Assembly (NCBI GenBank): GCA_002269645.1
Contig: NIVC01000608.1
Span: 124,001 to 188,000, forward strand
Direction: 5' to 3'
DNA from: Macrostomum lignano
Lineage: Eukaryota
Length of the DNA stretch: 64,000 nt
Below are positions 51,560 through 62,707 of this stretch, piece by piece. The notes under the pieces were generated by a model that saw only the letters and a program-made list of their open reading frames with translations, was not told the origin of the DNA and ran no database searches. Within the stretch, counting starts at the first letter, position 1. Every line of letters begins with the position of its first letter. A program made the position numbers and the translations under genes.

Positions 51560-52785
51560 AGACTGAGAGCAGCACTGATTATGAGAATCCCTCGATGAGA
51601 ATGAGAACAGCACTAATTATGAGAACCCTCTACGTGAGAAAGAGAACAGCACTGATTAAGAGAACCCCTTAGGTGAGGTGAACAGCACAGATAATTATAA
51701 CCCCTTAGATAAGAGAATGAGAACAGCACTGATTATGAGAATCCCATAGGTGAACAGCACAAATAATTAGAACCCCTTAGATAAGAGAATGAGAACAGCA
51801 CTGATTATGAGAATCCCATAGGTGAACAGCACAGATAATCAGAACCCCTTAGATAAGAGAATGAGAACAGCACTGATTAATGGACTGGTTTGTGCGGCGC
51901 AAGCTGAAGGTGCAAGGTCAACCAGAAGCTACCGATGTCTCCATCGGTGCTGCAAAAGCTTTGGTCTCTGATTGACAAGGGCGACAATCGGCAACTGGCC
52001 TGCTGGGCGGTCACCATCACTGCCTGGTGGGGAATGCTGCGAAAATTGTCACTCCTTCGGTCGACGCCTCAGTTGGCTAGTGGGATGAAGGTGCAAAATC
52101 TGGCACCTCACCGTTGCGGCCTCTTCTCAAGCGTGGACTTTGGCAAGACTTTTCAGTTCCGAGATCGAGTCCACCGCGTCCTGCTTCCGAAGTTCCACGC
52201 CTGCCCCGCGCTCTGTCCGGTGGTGGCGATTCGCCGACATCTGTGTGTCAACAAGCTGGCGATGGCCAAAGCGCCACTCTGGTCTTTCATCGATCGCAAT
52301 GGACAGCGGCGGCATCTAGCTGCTCGGGACTTGGACCGGTTTCTTGACTCTAAGCTGCAGAGGGCTGGGTGTGGCGGCAAGCTCTACTCGGCTCACAGCC
52401 TGCGACGAGGTGGGGCCACCTGGGCAGCTCGCATGGGCCTGCCGGTGGCGGAGATCCAGCGGATCGGCGACTGGAAGAGTTCGGCGGTGGAGCGCTACTT
52501 GCCCCCCTCGGGTGTTGCCACTGCTGCGGCCTCTCTGCATTTCTCTTCCGCCCTTAGTGCTCATTTTTGACGGTGTTCTTCCCGCTGGTTTGTTTTTTGC
52601 TCAATGCCTAACTGCTGCTCTTAATTAGCCCCCGTTGTGTTTGGCTTTGGAGGCCTGCTTCGTTTCTGTGCCAAGTTCGCGTTTTAATGCCTTTGTTGCT
52701 GGAAGCACTAAGAGAATCCCATAGGTGAACAGCACAGATAATCAGAACCCCTTATTAGATAAGAGAATGAGAACAGCACTGATTA
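51560..52785. repeat. Degenerate minisatellite split by the recombinase fragment
   Basis: GAGAATGAGAACAGCACTGATTATGAGAATCCCATAGGTGAACAGCACAGATAAT units at 51560-51879, resuming at 52712-52785. Confidence 0.85.
51880..52711 (+). mobile_element. Fragment of a tyrosine-recombinase element (DIRS/Ngaro- or Crypton-type YR catalytic domain)
   Basis: ORF 51935-52570 carries the R-HxxR-W-Y set: WWGMLRK, HSLRRGGAT, IGDWKSS, ERYL, plus ALCPV and an upstream QKLPM. A frameshift lies just upstream. No RT/RH and no element termini. Confidence 0.85.
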
Positions 52786-53330
52786 CAACAGCTCCCAAAA
52801 AAATATTACACAGCGCAGACACTTATCGCACGGTACACTGCACATAGTAATTATATGAGAGCTCATTAACAAACGCTCAATGGAAATGATAATTAAGAGG
52901 GAAAGCAAATTCAATCAAGCGAAACAAATAGGCAGAAAAGCCTTGGAACCCAATTACAGCCTGGGTCCACCCTGAGCAGAGATAAAACAAGTCGCATGAA
53001 AAATGGCCCGAACTAAATCTTACAAGAGGCTCAAGATATCTCTAAGTATATTGGAACTTGAAATCTAGTAAGTATTGTGATTAAATGATTAACATGAACT
53101 CTAACTGTATTGCACTGTATTCTATCTTACACATTGGCCTGACTAGATTAGCAATCCATTCTACACTTCTTCATCAGGGAATTACATGTAAAGGGGTCTA
53201 CGGCAAACGATCCGACTCTCTCGCGCTAAAGACACCAATGAATGCCAACCCACAAGGCACAAGAAGTGCAGTACATGCCTAACAATTAGGAAGTCGGGGC
53301 AATTGATGTCAATTACTTTTCAAAAAAAGA

Positions 53331-53632
53331 GGGGCTGTAGCCCAGTGGTCAGAGCGTCGGACTTACGACTAAAAGGTCGGGGGTTCGATTCCCAATCCAC
53401 TGGAACAGTTTGTGTCCTTGAGCAAGACACTTAACTCTGCATTGCTTCAGTTCACCCAGCTGTAAAATGGGTGCCAGCATTAGCTGGGATAATTGAGGCT
53501 GTGTGTGGCGACCATACAGTCCTTGGACTGAACAGCCGTGCGCAGCCTTCAGATGCGCCGCGCAATAGCTGCGGCTGAGCTGACGGTTGCACATCTGCCC
53601 ATTAGGGCAGGTGTACTATTATCATTATTACT
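53331..53632 (+). mobile_element. tRNA-derived SINE with a Nin/Deu-like central domain
   Basis: tRNA-like head with A box TAGCCCAGTGG and B box GGTTCGATTCC (53382-92). Core GTGTCCTTGAGCAAGACACTTAAC..CACCCAGCTGTAAAATGGGT resembles the Nin/Deu domain as I recall it. (ATT)-like tail. Confidence 0.75.
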
Positions 53633-53858
53633 AGTTAAACAAAGGAAGTGAAAAAATGAAGAATATTTTGAGCTAATTATTTTAATCCAGACACAGAAGC
53701 GTTGAGCTTTTATTTAAATTTTGCGTTCACACGAAGACAAGCTGCAATCCCGTTCTGTTTATTTGTGCAAACAACAAGCGCATTATCATCAATCGCTAAG
53801 CAGTCTCTCTGTCCATGAAACAATCGTCAGTTCAATCCAGCAGAAGCGAAAGTTCACT

Positions 53859-54543
53859 TCAGGGCATCTCCGTGACCTGGAAAAATTAAAATGAGAAATA
53901 AAAAACACGGGCATTTGATATTTTATTGACTATCCAAAAACCGAAATCTAAAAAAAATTCTTAATTAAGAAATAATACCACTAATGCTACTATTGCTACT
54001 ATAAGTAGGTCACAAAATTTCAAGTAACCTAGGTTTCTATGTCATAAAAGTGTGTGTCGTGTCTTATGCCATTTTTCAATTGAAGCATCAATAATTATGT
54101 AATTATTGAGATTCTCAACCCCAGGTAGGAATGCACACTAACCGCAGCCAAGTTAGCTTAACTTCTGGGTAAGAAAATACGCTACTTCTGATACTCACCG
54201 AAGCGCTGATGCTCAGGTCCAGGGCCTTGAGCATCTCGCTAGTGATGGGGTCAATCTCCAGGTCAGTGTCCAGAGCGGACACATCCGGCACGTAGTTGTC
54301 CCTCCTCTCGCGCTCCTCCTCCTGCAGCTTGATGGAGATGCCGCGCACCGGGCCGCGCTGGATTCGCTTCATCAGGTGGGTGACGAAGCCGGCGATTTTG
54401 TTGCGCAACCGTTTAGAAGGGATGATGGCGACCTCCTCGCAGACGCGCTTGTTAATGTGGAAATCGTTGCCCAGCCGGGTGTAATACTTCTCGATGATCA
54501 CGCGAGACGCTTTCTTCACGGTTTTAGTGCGAACTCGGCCCAT
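53859..54543 (-). CDS. RPS17: 40S ribosomal protein S17 (eS17), 120 aa, 2 exons
   Basis: [86 protein letters not shown]. Exon 1 is 54543-54199 (donor GTGAGT); exon 2 is 53876-53859 (VTEMP*). Minus-strand AATAAA downstream. Confidence 0.95.
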
Positions 54544-54812
54544 GATTGGATGCTAGTGATTAGCACTGCTGAGGCTGCAATAAGTTCGAAGTTGTGCGCT
54601 CTGAGATACAGCTATTTAGTCCATAAGGTTTTATAGTTTTACAGCAGGGACTTTATTATTTCGATTAATGACAGGGGGCTGGCTGTGTGAACCCTGGCAT
54701 GCACATGCGCAAGCGCGACCCCCTCCCCCCTGATTTACATCGGCCGTGCGACACTTTTTGACAAAAATGCGACTTAACTATGAAAGAAACCTAAGCAACA
54801 ATTAATGTAATT

Positions 54813-54878
54813 GTGGGTAAACGGTAGGAGTAATTATGGCTGTATTATTAAGCCTAAATGCCTCGTCATCTAATTAGT
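54813..54878 (+). pseudogene. Decayed 28S (LSU) rRNA fragment
   Basis: GTGGGTAAACGGTAGGAGTAATTATGGC...AAATGCCTCGTCATCTAATTAGT aligns to the conserved eukaryotic 28S segment GCGGGTAAACGGCGGGAGTAACTATGACTCTCTTAAGGTAGCCAAATGCCTCGTCATCTAATTAGT. The last 23 nt are identical to the sequence as I recall it. Confidence 0.75.
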
Positions 54879-55668
54879 ACTTCGTCTGCATTTTTGGGTG
54901 GGCATTTTTGTAATCAAGTGTGAAAAGCATTTCGCTTTAGAACTTAGAAGAAACCCTATTTTAACACAGAATCCAGCTCACTATTGACTTTTGCATTCCA
55001 AAACAAATAAACAAACTAATGAAGACTAGCTTGTCATTTCAAGAAATTTTGGTATATACTCATCATACCTAGCTATCTAGAAATACTTGAAAGGTTCACT
55101 TAAGAAGGCTATAGAAATGTGTAGGAATAATATACTATAAACTAGGCCTAGAAAGTAGTGATCTAGATGCTGTCCAATTCCCTAAGGTCTATTGCAGCCA
55201 CTAGCTAAGGTATGTCATTGCAGTTAACATCTATCATAGAATAAAAGTGTTTGGCATGCTAATGTAAAAAGGTGTAAACCTCTGCAGTGAAGAAAGGACT
55301 AGCTTTGTTGAAAGCACTTCCTTGTATAGAGTCCTGATTCACAATCCATCTATGATCATTATAAAAGATCTGAACATATTTACAATCAGCATATATCATA
55401 TAAGCTAGCTATATAATAAGCATATAGGCCTTATTATAATTATAGGTTGTTGTTTAAGCTATGATATACTTTTAAGAGTAGGGGGCTTAGATAAAATAGA
55501 ATTAAAATGATAGACTCTTGATTTTTTTGGTATCCACACTTTTTGTTGTCTGTAATTTTGGTACCTAGTATTTTAATATCCAAGTTTATTTCTCAATGTC
55601 TAAAATATAAATTAAAATTAGATGCCAATAATAGAAAATAGGCTTTAATCTGTACCTTAAGTAGGCTA

Positions 55669-56399
55669 TAAGGGTTGGACAAGATCTCAATCTCAATTGT
55701 CAAGATCTTGGCACTTTTTTTCAATCTCAATCTCTGTTTTAAGATCTTGCAAAAAAACTAAGCTTTGCATTTACATGACACTATTTGAGACTATGATATT
55801 ATGCAGTTATGGTAATCTTCCAGTTTGTTTCCTGATATTATTTTCAAGTTTGAATTGGTGCTGCAACATAGTGTCATGTTAGAAAATTATGTCCATGGCC
55901 AAAAGGGATAGGAAATGGTATCAGAAAATTCTCTAGCCTCTAGCACTTATCTACTGTTCTATCTACTGTTCCGTCTATTGCTACTTTCACTGCTCTATCT
56001 ATTGCTCTACCACTCTACCTACTGCTCCATTTACTTCTATAAAATGCTCGATCTAGTGCTTAGAAGTACTATGTTGTGGCACCAATTCAAACTTGAAAGT
56101 AATATTGCTAAACAAACTGGAAGCTTATCAATATTATCATATTTACAATTGATATACATCAAGTTATTAACAAGCTCATTAGCTCAATATTAAATAATGA
56201 TTGTTTTTCTTTCTATTATCATCATTTTATACATTTAACAAATAGCAATATTAGCATTGATAGACAAAATAGTGTAAATAGGCCAAGGCCTACTAGATGC
56301 TAATTAGGCATAATTTCAAATCTTGATTGAATCTTGATTATCTTAAAAATATAAATCTTGTCTTGAAAATCTCAAAAAATTGATATTGTCCAACTCTTA
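55669..56399. mobile_element. hAT-type MITE with a nested inverted-repeat element
   Basis: TIR TAAG(G/A)GTTGGACAA; 8-bp TSD GTAGGCTA / TTAGGCTA. Inner inverted arms at ~55810-55880 vs ~56065-56135. Confidence 0.65.
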
Positions 56400-56454
56400 T
56401 TAGGCTAGAATGATAATTATAAAATAATATCTTTATACCATAGATAAATATCAT

Positions 56455-57400
56455 ACCCGAGGTGCTTTAAAGCAAGAGTGGTCTAGTTTAAGCTAGGCAT
56501 TTCCTTCTTATAGTGTTTTTAGTTGCATACTAATTTTATCAGTATGCTAAATAAAAAAGAAGCAAAGTGAAGCATCATTTGGTTTTTGTAGAAACAAGGG
56601 AAGTGACAAGTAGAAATTCTTTGTGAGATGCAAGCAATGTATGCTGAATGTGCACCATAAAAAACCACGGTCAACAAGTGGGTGCAGCACTTTAAGATAG
56701 CTGGGAGATGGTTGATGACCTTCCACAGAGCAGCCAGCCTTCCACCATGGTCAAAAGGTCTAACATTAAGTTTGTGTGTTACATTCTAGACATTGACTAC
56801 CAAGCCACAGTGCAAGTTATCAACCACTACTGGCATCTCATCAATGGCCATTCACTCAATCAAGACAGTTGAACTTGGTATGCCACTCATTGTTGCTCAT
56901 TGAGTCCCGAAACTTTTGACTGACCAGCAGCAGCAAGAGTGGGTCTAGGTGTATCAGTAGCTCCTTTAGTCATATTGCAGTGATCTCAACTTTTTGGACT
57001 GGTTGACTAGGGATGAATCCTAGTTCCATTATAGTGAGCCAAAGTCTAAGATGCAGAGCAGTATGTGAAAAGCCAGCCATGAGCGCATACCTGTCAAGGC
57101 CCTAACTACACCTTTAGCTAGCAAGCAAATAGCCATTGTCTTCTGGGACAAGGAGGGCATTCTACTATCAAATTGCCTCCCCATGGTGCCATAATCAATA
57201 GTGAATATTACATCCAATCCTATAGAAGTGTGTGAAGCCACCAAGTCTTAGCAGTGTGGCAAGCTAAGCTGTGGCATCCTGTTTCAACATGACAATGCTA
57301 GGCCATATACCAGCCAAGCAACAATGGCTGCCATTTTGGACCTAGGATTTGAGGTGCTGCCACACCTAGGCCTATCTTTATCTGACTTTAACTTTTAGCT
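56455..57400 (+). pseudogene. Heavily decayed mariner transposase
   Basis: Remnants TTVNKWVQHFK, AH*VPKLLTD, TRDES*FHY, VFWDKEGILL, QHDNARPYT, FEVLPH. Many stops and frameshifts; boundaries approximate. Confidence 0.75.
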
Positions 57401-57659
57401 TAGATGGTTTGGCTTGCTTTGTGTAGTTTTAACTTTGTACTTTAAGTTTTATACTTTGTGTGTTGTACTTACCAAGACAAAGACAAGTTACTACAACTTA
57501 CTTGAAATGTATGTCTAGGCCTAGTATCTAATGGGGGGCTTGCTGCCCTCCACACCCTTGGCTTTTGTAGGGCTAGTGGGGGGCTCGCCACCCTCTATAC
57601 CCTTGGCTTCCATAAAACTAGCCTCCCGCTCCACCTAACCCACACCCCTGCCCCATACT

Positions 57660-58446
57660 CAAGAAGGTGGCCTGCACGCGGGAATTTTCCCGCGTGCACA
57701 AGCCACACTAAAATTTTGGCGTGCAAAGTTGGCGTGCAAATAGGGGTCTCAAGCCACACCTAAATTTTCAGCATAAAAGTTTTTTACTTGGCATGTAACC
57801 TTGGCATGCAATTACAAACTGACAGTATATCAACAAGTCAGATATAGATGTATACACTATATATATACAATATATAAAGTTAAATGTGAACAATTGAATT
57901 TGAATATTGATTAAACCAACTAGTTGAGGCTACAGCCTAGCCTACAGCCAGGCCTACACTCTACAGCCTACATTAAAATTAAAATATCCAATAACTTTTA
58001 AATGCTCTTATTTTGTGATTCTTGTAGACTTTTAGCTTATTTGTTTCTTGAAATGTGAAGAAAAAGTTTTTGATACTCACTATGTTCTTTGTAGCGAATT
58101 TCCTTTTTTATATAAACTTTGTTTAACATAAGTAGAAAATTTATTTAAAAATAGTATCTAATACAGTAAACACAATTTTCAGCATACATGATTTTTGGGC
58201 TATCCTGTAGTTTCGCACGTTAAATTATTACCCCCACCCCCCACCACCCTTGAATAGAGGGCAAAATAATTCCATAAAATAATTTAACGTGCGAAACTAT
58301 AGGATAGCCGATTTTTGGTATTCAAGATTTTTGGCGTGCAACAGAAACGTCATGTTAAGCCAAGGGTTTTAAAAAATTGGCATACATTGGCGTGCACCAA
58401 GGATTTTTCCATAAATTAATTCCCGCGTGCACTTGCCACCTTCCTG
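57660..58446. mobile_element. MITE containing a 112-bp mini-MITE
   Basis: TIR CA(A/G)GAAGGTGGC..TGCACGCGGGAATT with a possible 3-bp TSD ACT. Inner element 58198-58309 has ~32-bp TIRs GGCTATCCT(G/A)TAGTTTCGCACGTTAAATTATT and an exact 8-bp TSD GATTTTTG. Confidence 0.7.
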
Positions 58447-58966
58447 ACTATGGCCCCTGCCTAGCCTCGACTTTGCGTCTTTGCCCACCTGAACACAGAT
58501 CTTTTTAGTATGCTAAGGCGATGACGACCAGACACAAATTTCTCACCCATATGTATCAAAAAACTTTTCCCAGTAGCTATAATTGCTGCCCTCCTAGAGA
58601 TTCAGTGTTACTCATTTCTCTTATAAAAATACAAAAAAATTCTGTTTGGAAAAAAAAATAAATTAAAAAAATTAAAACTAAAAAGTCCATCCAACAGGGT
58701 TTTTTTTGTGCGCAGAGTGTGCGTATGCACCCTAAATTTTAAAATCGCACCCTGAAATTAAAAAAGTAGGTGCGGTTTAGGTGCGGTCTTATAACCATTT
58801 TTCTTTAAAGGCTTAACCATGCTTAAGCTACTTTTTATGCACTGCCTTAAAATATGAAACAAAATAACTCTTTAAATCCTATTAAGTCATATAGGCGATA
58901 TAGCCTATAGCTATAGCCTTATGTAAGATATTAAAATATACATTCCCAGTTGTCTGAAATGTGAGC

Positions 58967-61455
58967 AATGTGAGGGTTTCACGAGAGATATTCAGACAAA
59001 GGCTCCCTAAAACACGCCCCGCACCGGGCCCCGAACTGCTACACATTATAACATTTTTTGTCAATGCAGTATTTGATTGCAAGGAAAAGTTAAAATAGTA
59101 ATGGAATAAATATCTTTATTTATTTTTTTAAATATTTTTATTTTTTATATTCTCGTTTTCATTATTTAATTATAATATTATTATTTTATTAATATTATTA
59201 TTAATATCACTTATTGTTCACCAAATTTTATATTTCAAAGTAAAAAAACTAAATTTAATAAAAACTTGAAGCTTAACAGAAAACGCATTCTGAAGTGTCT
59301 TTAGTTATAGTCCAATTTGTTTTAATGTGTAGCGCTGCAGGGCGGTGCGGGGCGTGTTTTAGGGAGACCCATTCAGACAGACATTCAAAATGATTGTCTG
59401 TAACTTCAAACAAAATTGACCCGCTTCAACCATCTTTTTGGCAAATACTTACGCAAGTGTTGGGCGTCGAATAAGCTTTAATTTATTAACTGAAGTAAAA
59501 ATCCTTCTGACATACATTGATTTAAAAATTGCTTAGCAACACTAGCTCTGATTAGAAATCGCTTTACTGTTGACTAAAATTGTTTTGATCGTAGCAGCCT
59601 AAAAGCAGATACTGGATTTAAAAATGCTTCGATTTACTCTATACGCATGTCTCAGCTTTAAAATGACACCTCAGGTGTCGCAAAAGACAGCTTTGATGCT
59701 GAGATATTCGACACTAAACATGCATTGCTTTGCGCAATCTCACATTCAGAAATTTCACTGATTTTTTGTCGATATTTGTGCAGTTGCCATGTCCTTGTTT
59801 TTCATCAGAATCTTGTCAAATTCTAGTCATGTCTATACGCATGTCTCAGCTTTAAAATGACACCTCAGGCATTGCAAAGGACAGCTTTGATGCTGAGATA
59901 TTCGACACTAAACGTTGCTTTGCTCAAACTCACATTCGGAAACTTCACTGATTTTTATTCAATATTTGTTCAGATGCTTGTCTACTTCTCCATTTATTAA
60001 CCATCGCATGGAGCCTTGCTAACGTACAAGTGTATGTAGTTACAGTAAATGGGGTTTTTGTGACTCACTTAAACTTGTTTACGCATTCTGCAGCTATTCG
60101 CCGCCTTTCATTGGAGTGATTCATGGAGTCCAGTTGATAAATTTCCACAAATTGGACTGCTTCTACGTCAGATCTCAACATTTGGAACCGTCCTTGAACT
60201 ATTTCAGAGTTAAGTGAGCTAATGGCATCAAATGGAAGGCTAGTGCTCGTACTTGTAAGCGAAGCAGGTTCACAATTGAAATGGTTATATTCATGGCCAT
60301 GGGATCTAAACTGATCTGTTTTACTTTCACGATCGCTTTGGTCTCAGAAGGAGCAGCAGTTGATGGACTGAGGTGAGAAGAAGATGTGTCACGACTTGAG
60401 CTGTTTTTAGAAAATATCTTTATCCAATTAAATATTTTCATGCGGCTCCTTAGGTTGTTCCGAATTCCGAGTCTAGAAGTCAAGACAGAAAAAAAGTTAA
60501 GAACTGCTACTGTAGTCCTTAGGGATTGGAAAGCTTAGCAGTACATTAGAAATCGCCAGTTCAATCTAAAAAGTTTGAAGTACATATAGCTATTGGGTTG
60601 CAACAACAGTAGAAAAAATTCTTCTTTTTTATTTTATTCCCACCGCTTACCTCATTCCGATTTGGATAGCAGAATTGCCACGCAAAAAAAGTAAAAACAT
60701 AACAATAAACTATTTGCTTCATATTAATTGCCACTGACTGTTAATAAACGCGACGTCAATTTCTCTCAATAACAGTTGGAACATGTTTCTCGTACACTCG
60801 TATATTTATTTGAACCACAAAGCAGTGAAAAAGTCATGATTGGTTGCCATATGTACAAATGTACACTCACAGACTCACTGACTCAGGTACAATCTATGCA
60901 ATATAAAGGCAGGAATCATTAAAAATCAAATACTTAAGACAGTTTAAGAGAAGTCCAGGTTTAAACTGGACATGACTAGAATTTGACAGGATTCTGATGG
61001 GGGGCAGGGACACGGCAACTGCACAAATATCGACAAAAAATCAGTGAAATTTCTGAATGTGAGATTGCGCAAAGCAATGCATGTTTAGTGTCGAATATCT
61101 CAGCATCAAAGCTGTCTTTTGCGACGCCTGAGGTGTCATTTTAAAGCTGAGACATGCGTATAGAGTAAATCGAAGCATTTTTAAATCCAGTATCTGCTTT
61201 TAGGCTGCTACAATCAAAACAATTTTAGTCAACACTAAAGCGATTTCTAATCAGAGCTAGTGTTGCTAAGCAATTTTTAAATCAATGTATGTCAGAAGGA
61301 TTTTTACTTCAGTTAATAAATTAAAGCTTATTCGACGCCCAACACTTGCGTAAGTATTTGCCAAAAAGATGGTTGAAGCGGGTCAATTTTGTTTAAAGTT
61401 ACAGACGATCGTTTCGAATGTCTGTCTGAATATCTCTCGTGAAACCCTCACATTC
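58967..61455. mobile_element. Long-TIR foldback-like element, middle layer
   Basis: Near-identical ~490-bp inverted arms (58967-58998 plus 59371-~59835 vs ~60965-61455). Terminus AATGTGAGGGTTTC and subterminal motifs are shared with the 6034-9015 element. Confidence 0.82.
58999..59370. mobile_element. 372-bp MITE with a 9-bp TSD (Mutator-like), inner layer
   Basis: TIR ..CTCCCTAAAACACGCCCCGCACCG; exact TSD ATTCAGACA at 58990-98 and 59371-79. Confidence 0.82.
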
Positions 61456-62707
61456 TAAACAAGACTCAAGAGAAATTGCACTCTGAGCCTTAAAATCGCA
61501 CCTTGAAATTTGGCACAAGGTGCGATTTCGCACCTTATCTCTGGCGAAAAAAAAAAACCCAGCCATCCAAGATCCAATTACTTAGGACTCAAACCTCTGT
61601 ACACGCAATTACAAGGTGTGTATTAAAGGATTTTAAAGAAAGAAATTTTAAAGAAGTAACTGGTGATCGATTCAGACAAAGAAACAGTTATAAGAAGCCA
61701 AAACAAAAGACAAAGACGCTGTGCTTTTAAGCATTGTCGAGTCGACATATCGCGCAATTCATGCAAGAAATAAGAAAAATCGCAGAATTTAGGACTTTAA
61801 ATAAAATATTTAAAATGTATCAGTAAAGCAAAATAAACAAATAACATTATTTATTTAAGCATTTAAACTTTCTCAAAAATAAAATTTACTTTGTAAACAT
61901 ATTTTTGCAGCATAATGCTTTTTAAAGCTATTGTTTAATTTGCCTTTACATTGGCGTCTATTAAAGTTCAAGTGAAGTAATATCATTGATTTTACGAGGG
62001 TGATTTTGAGCTTTCAGATTGATTTTGATAAGAAAAAGTAGTTTCTATAGCAGAATTTACTTGTGACTCATTATTTTTAATATATTGAAAATATAATACA
62101 TGAATTCTTTTTAGGCAGTAATTAGATTAGAAATTTTACGTTAAAAGTAATGACTTTTCTGGAAAAAAATCGAGCTAAGGATGTATACTGGTAACAAAAC
62201 ATTTTATTTGGATGAATTCCTTGGTTGATATAAAGATAGAAGTTTCCAGAAAAATTGTCTATTCGTTTTCTACTACGATCGATATTTAATTTTAAGCATA
62301 CATATATTTCACTTTTCGTTTTGGTGGGGAGAAAAGATCCCCACCAAAAGAGATTGAGAAAATGTAGCATATTTAGCTTGTACGCATTTCTCTTATGCAT
62401 ACTAAGACATCTTGATGTTTTTTTTTTGCGGTGTAATTTTTTCATATTTCCTCCGCCATCATATTAACAGTTCTAGTAGATTTAGATAAATTTCAAGTTA
62501 TCATGGCGTAAATTTTTAATGGGTTCAGAGTTTATATGTTGATTTTTGTAGTGAAGTAACAATTGCTTTGTATTATTCTATTTTAACAGCTTGTCAATTA
62601 TACACTCTTGTTTAATTTATAGTAAAATTAAGTTAAAAGGCAACGAAGCATGTACTTGTTTTACTAAAATGAAAAATCTATACCTGCCTTAATGCTTGGC
62701 TGGCAGC

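Larger units (their letters stand above)
58695..61562. mobile_element. hAT-type non-autonomous element, outer layer of a nested stack
   Basis: Ends CAGGGTTTTT..AAAACCCAG with an exact 8-bp TSD CCATCCAA (58687-94 and 61563-70). Confidence 0.8.

Noticed and set aside
13753-52785. Regular arrays as possible CRISPR loci
   Set aside because: Units are head-to-tail with no unique spacers, there are no cas genes, and the context is eukaryotic.
54115-54198. C-terminal 27 aa of the 142-aa RPS17 ORF in the track
   Set aside because: Intron read-through. A consensus GTGAGT donor and a downstream acceptor give a 120-aa protein.
3955-57400. RIP-like CpA>TpA hypermutation suggested by TE stop codons (TGG>TAG, CAG>TAG, CAA>TAA)
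   Set aside because: Ascertainment bias: nonsense codons made by C>T transitions arise almost only at CpA or CpG. A real test needs context-specific substitution rates against family consensuses; CpA rates well above CpC/CpT would revive the idea.
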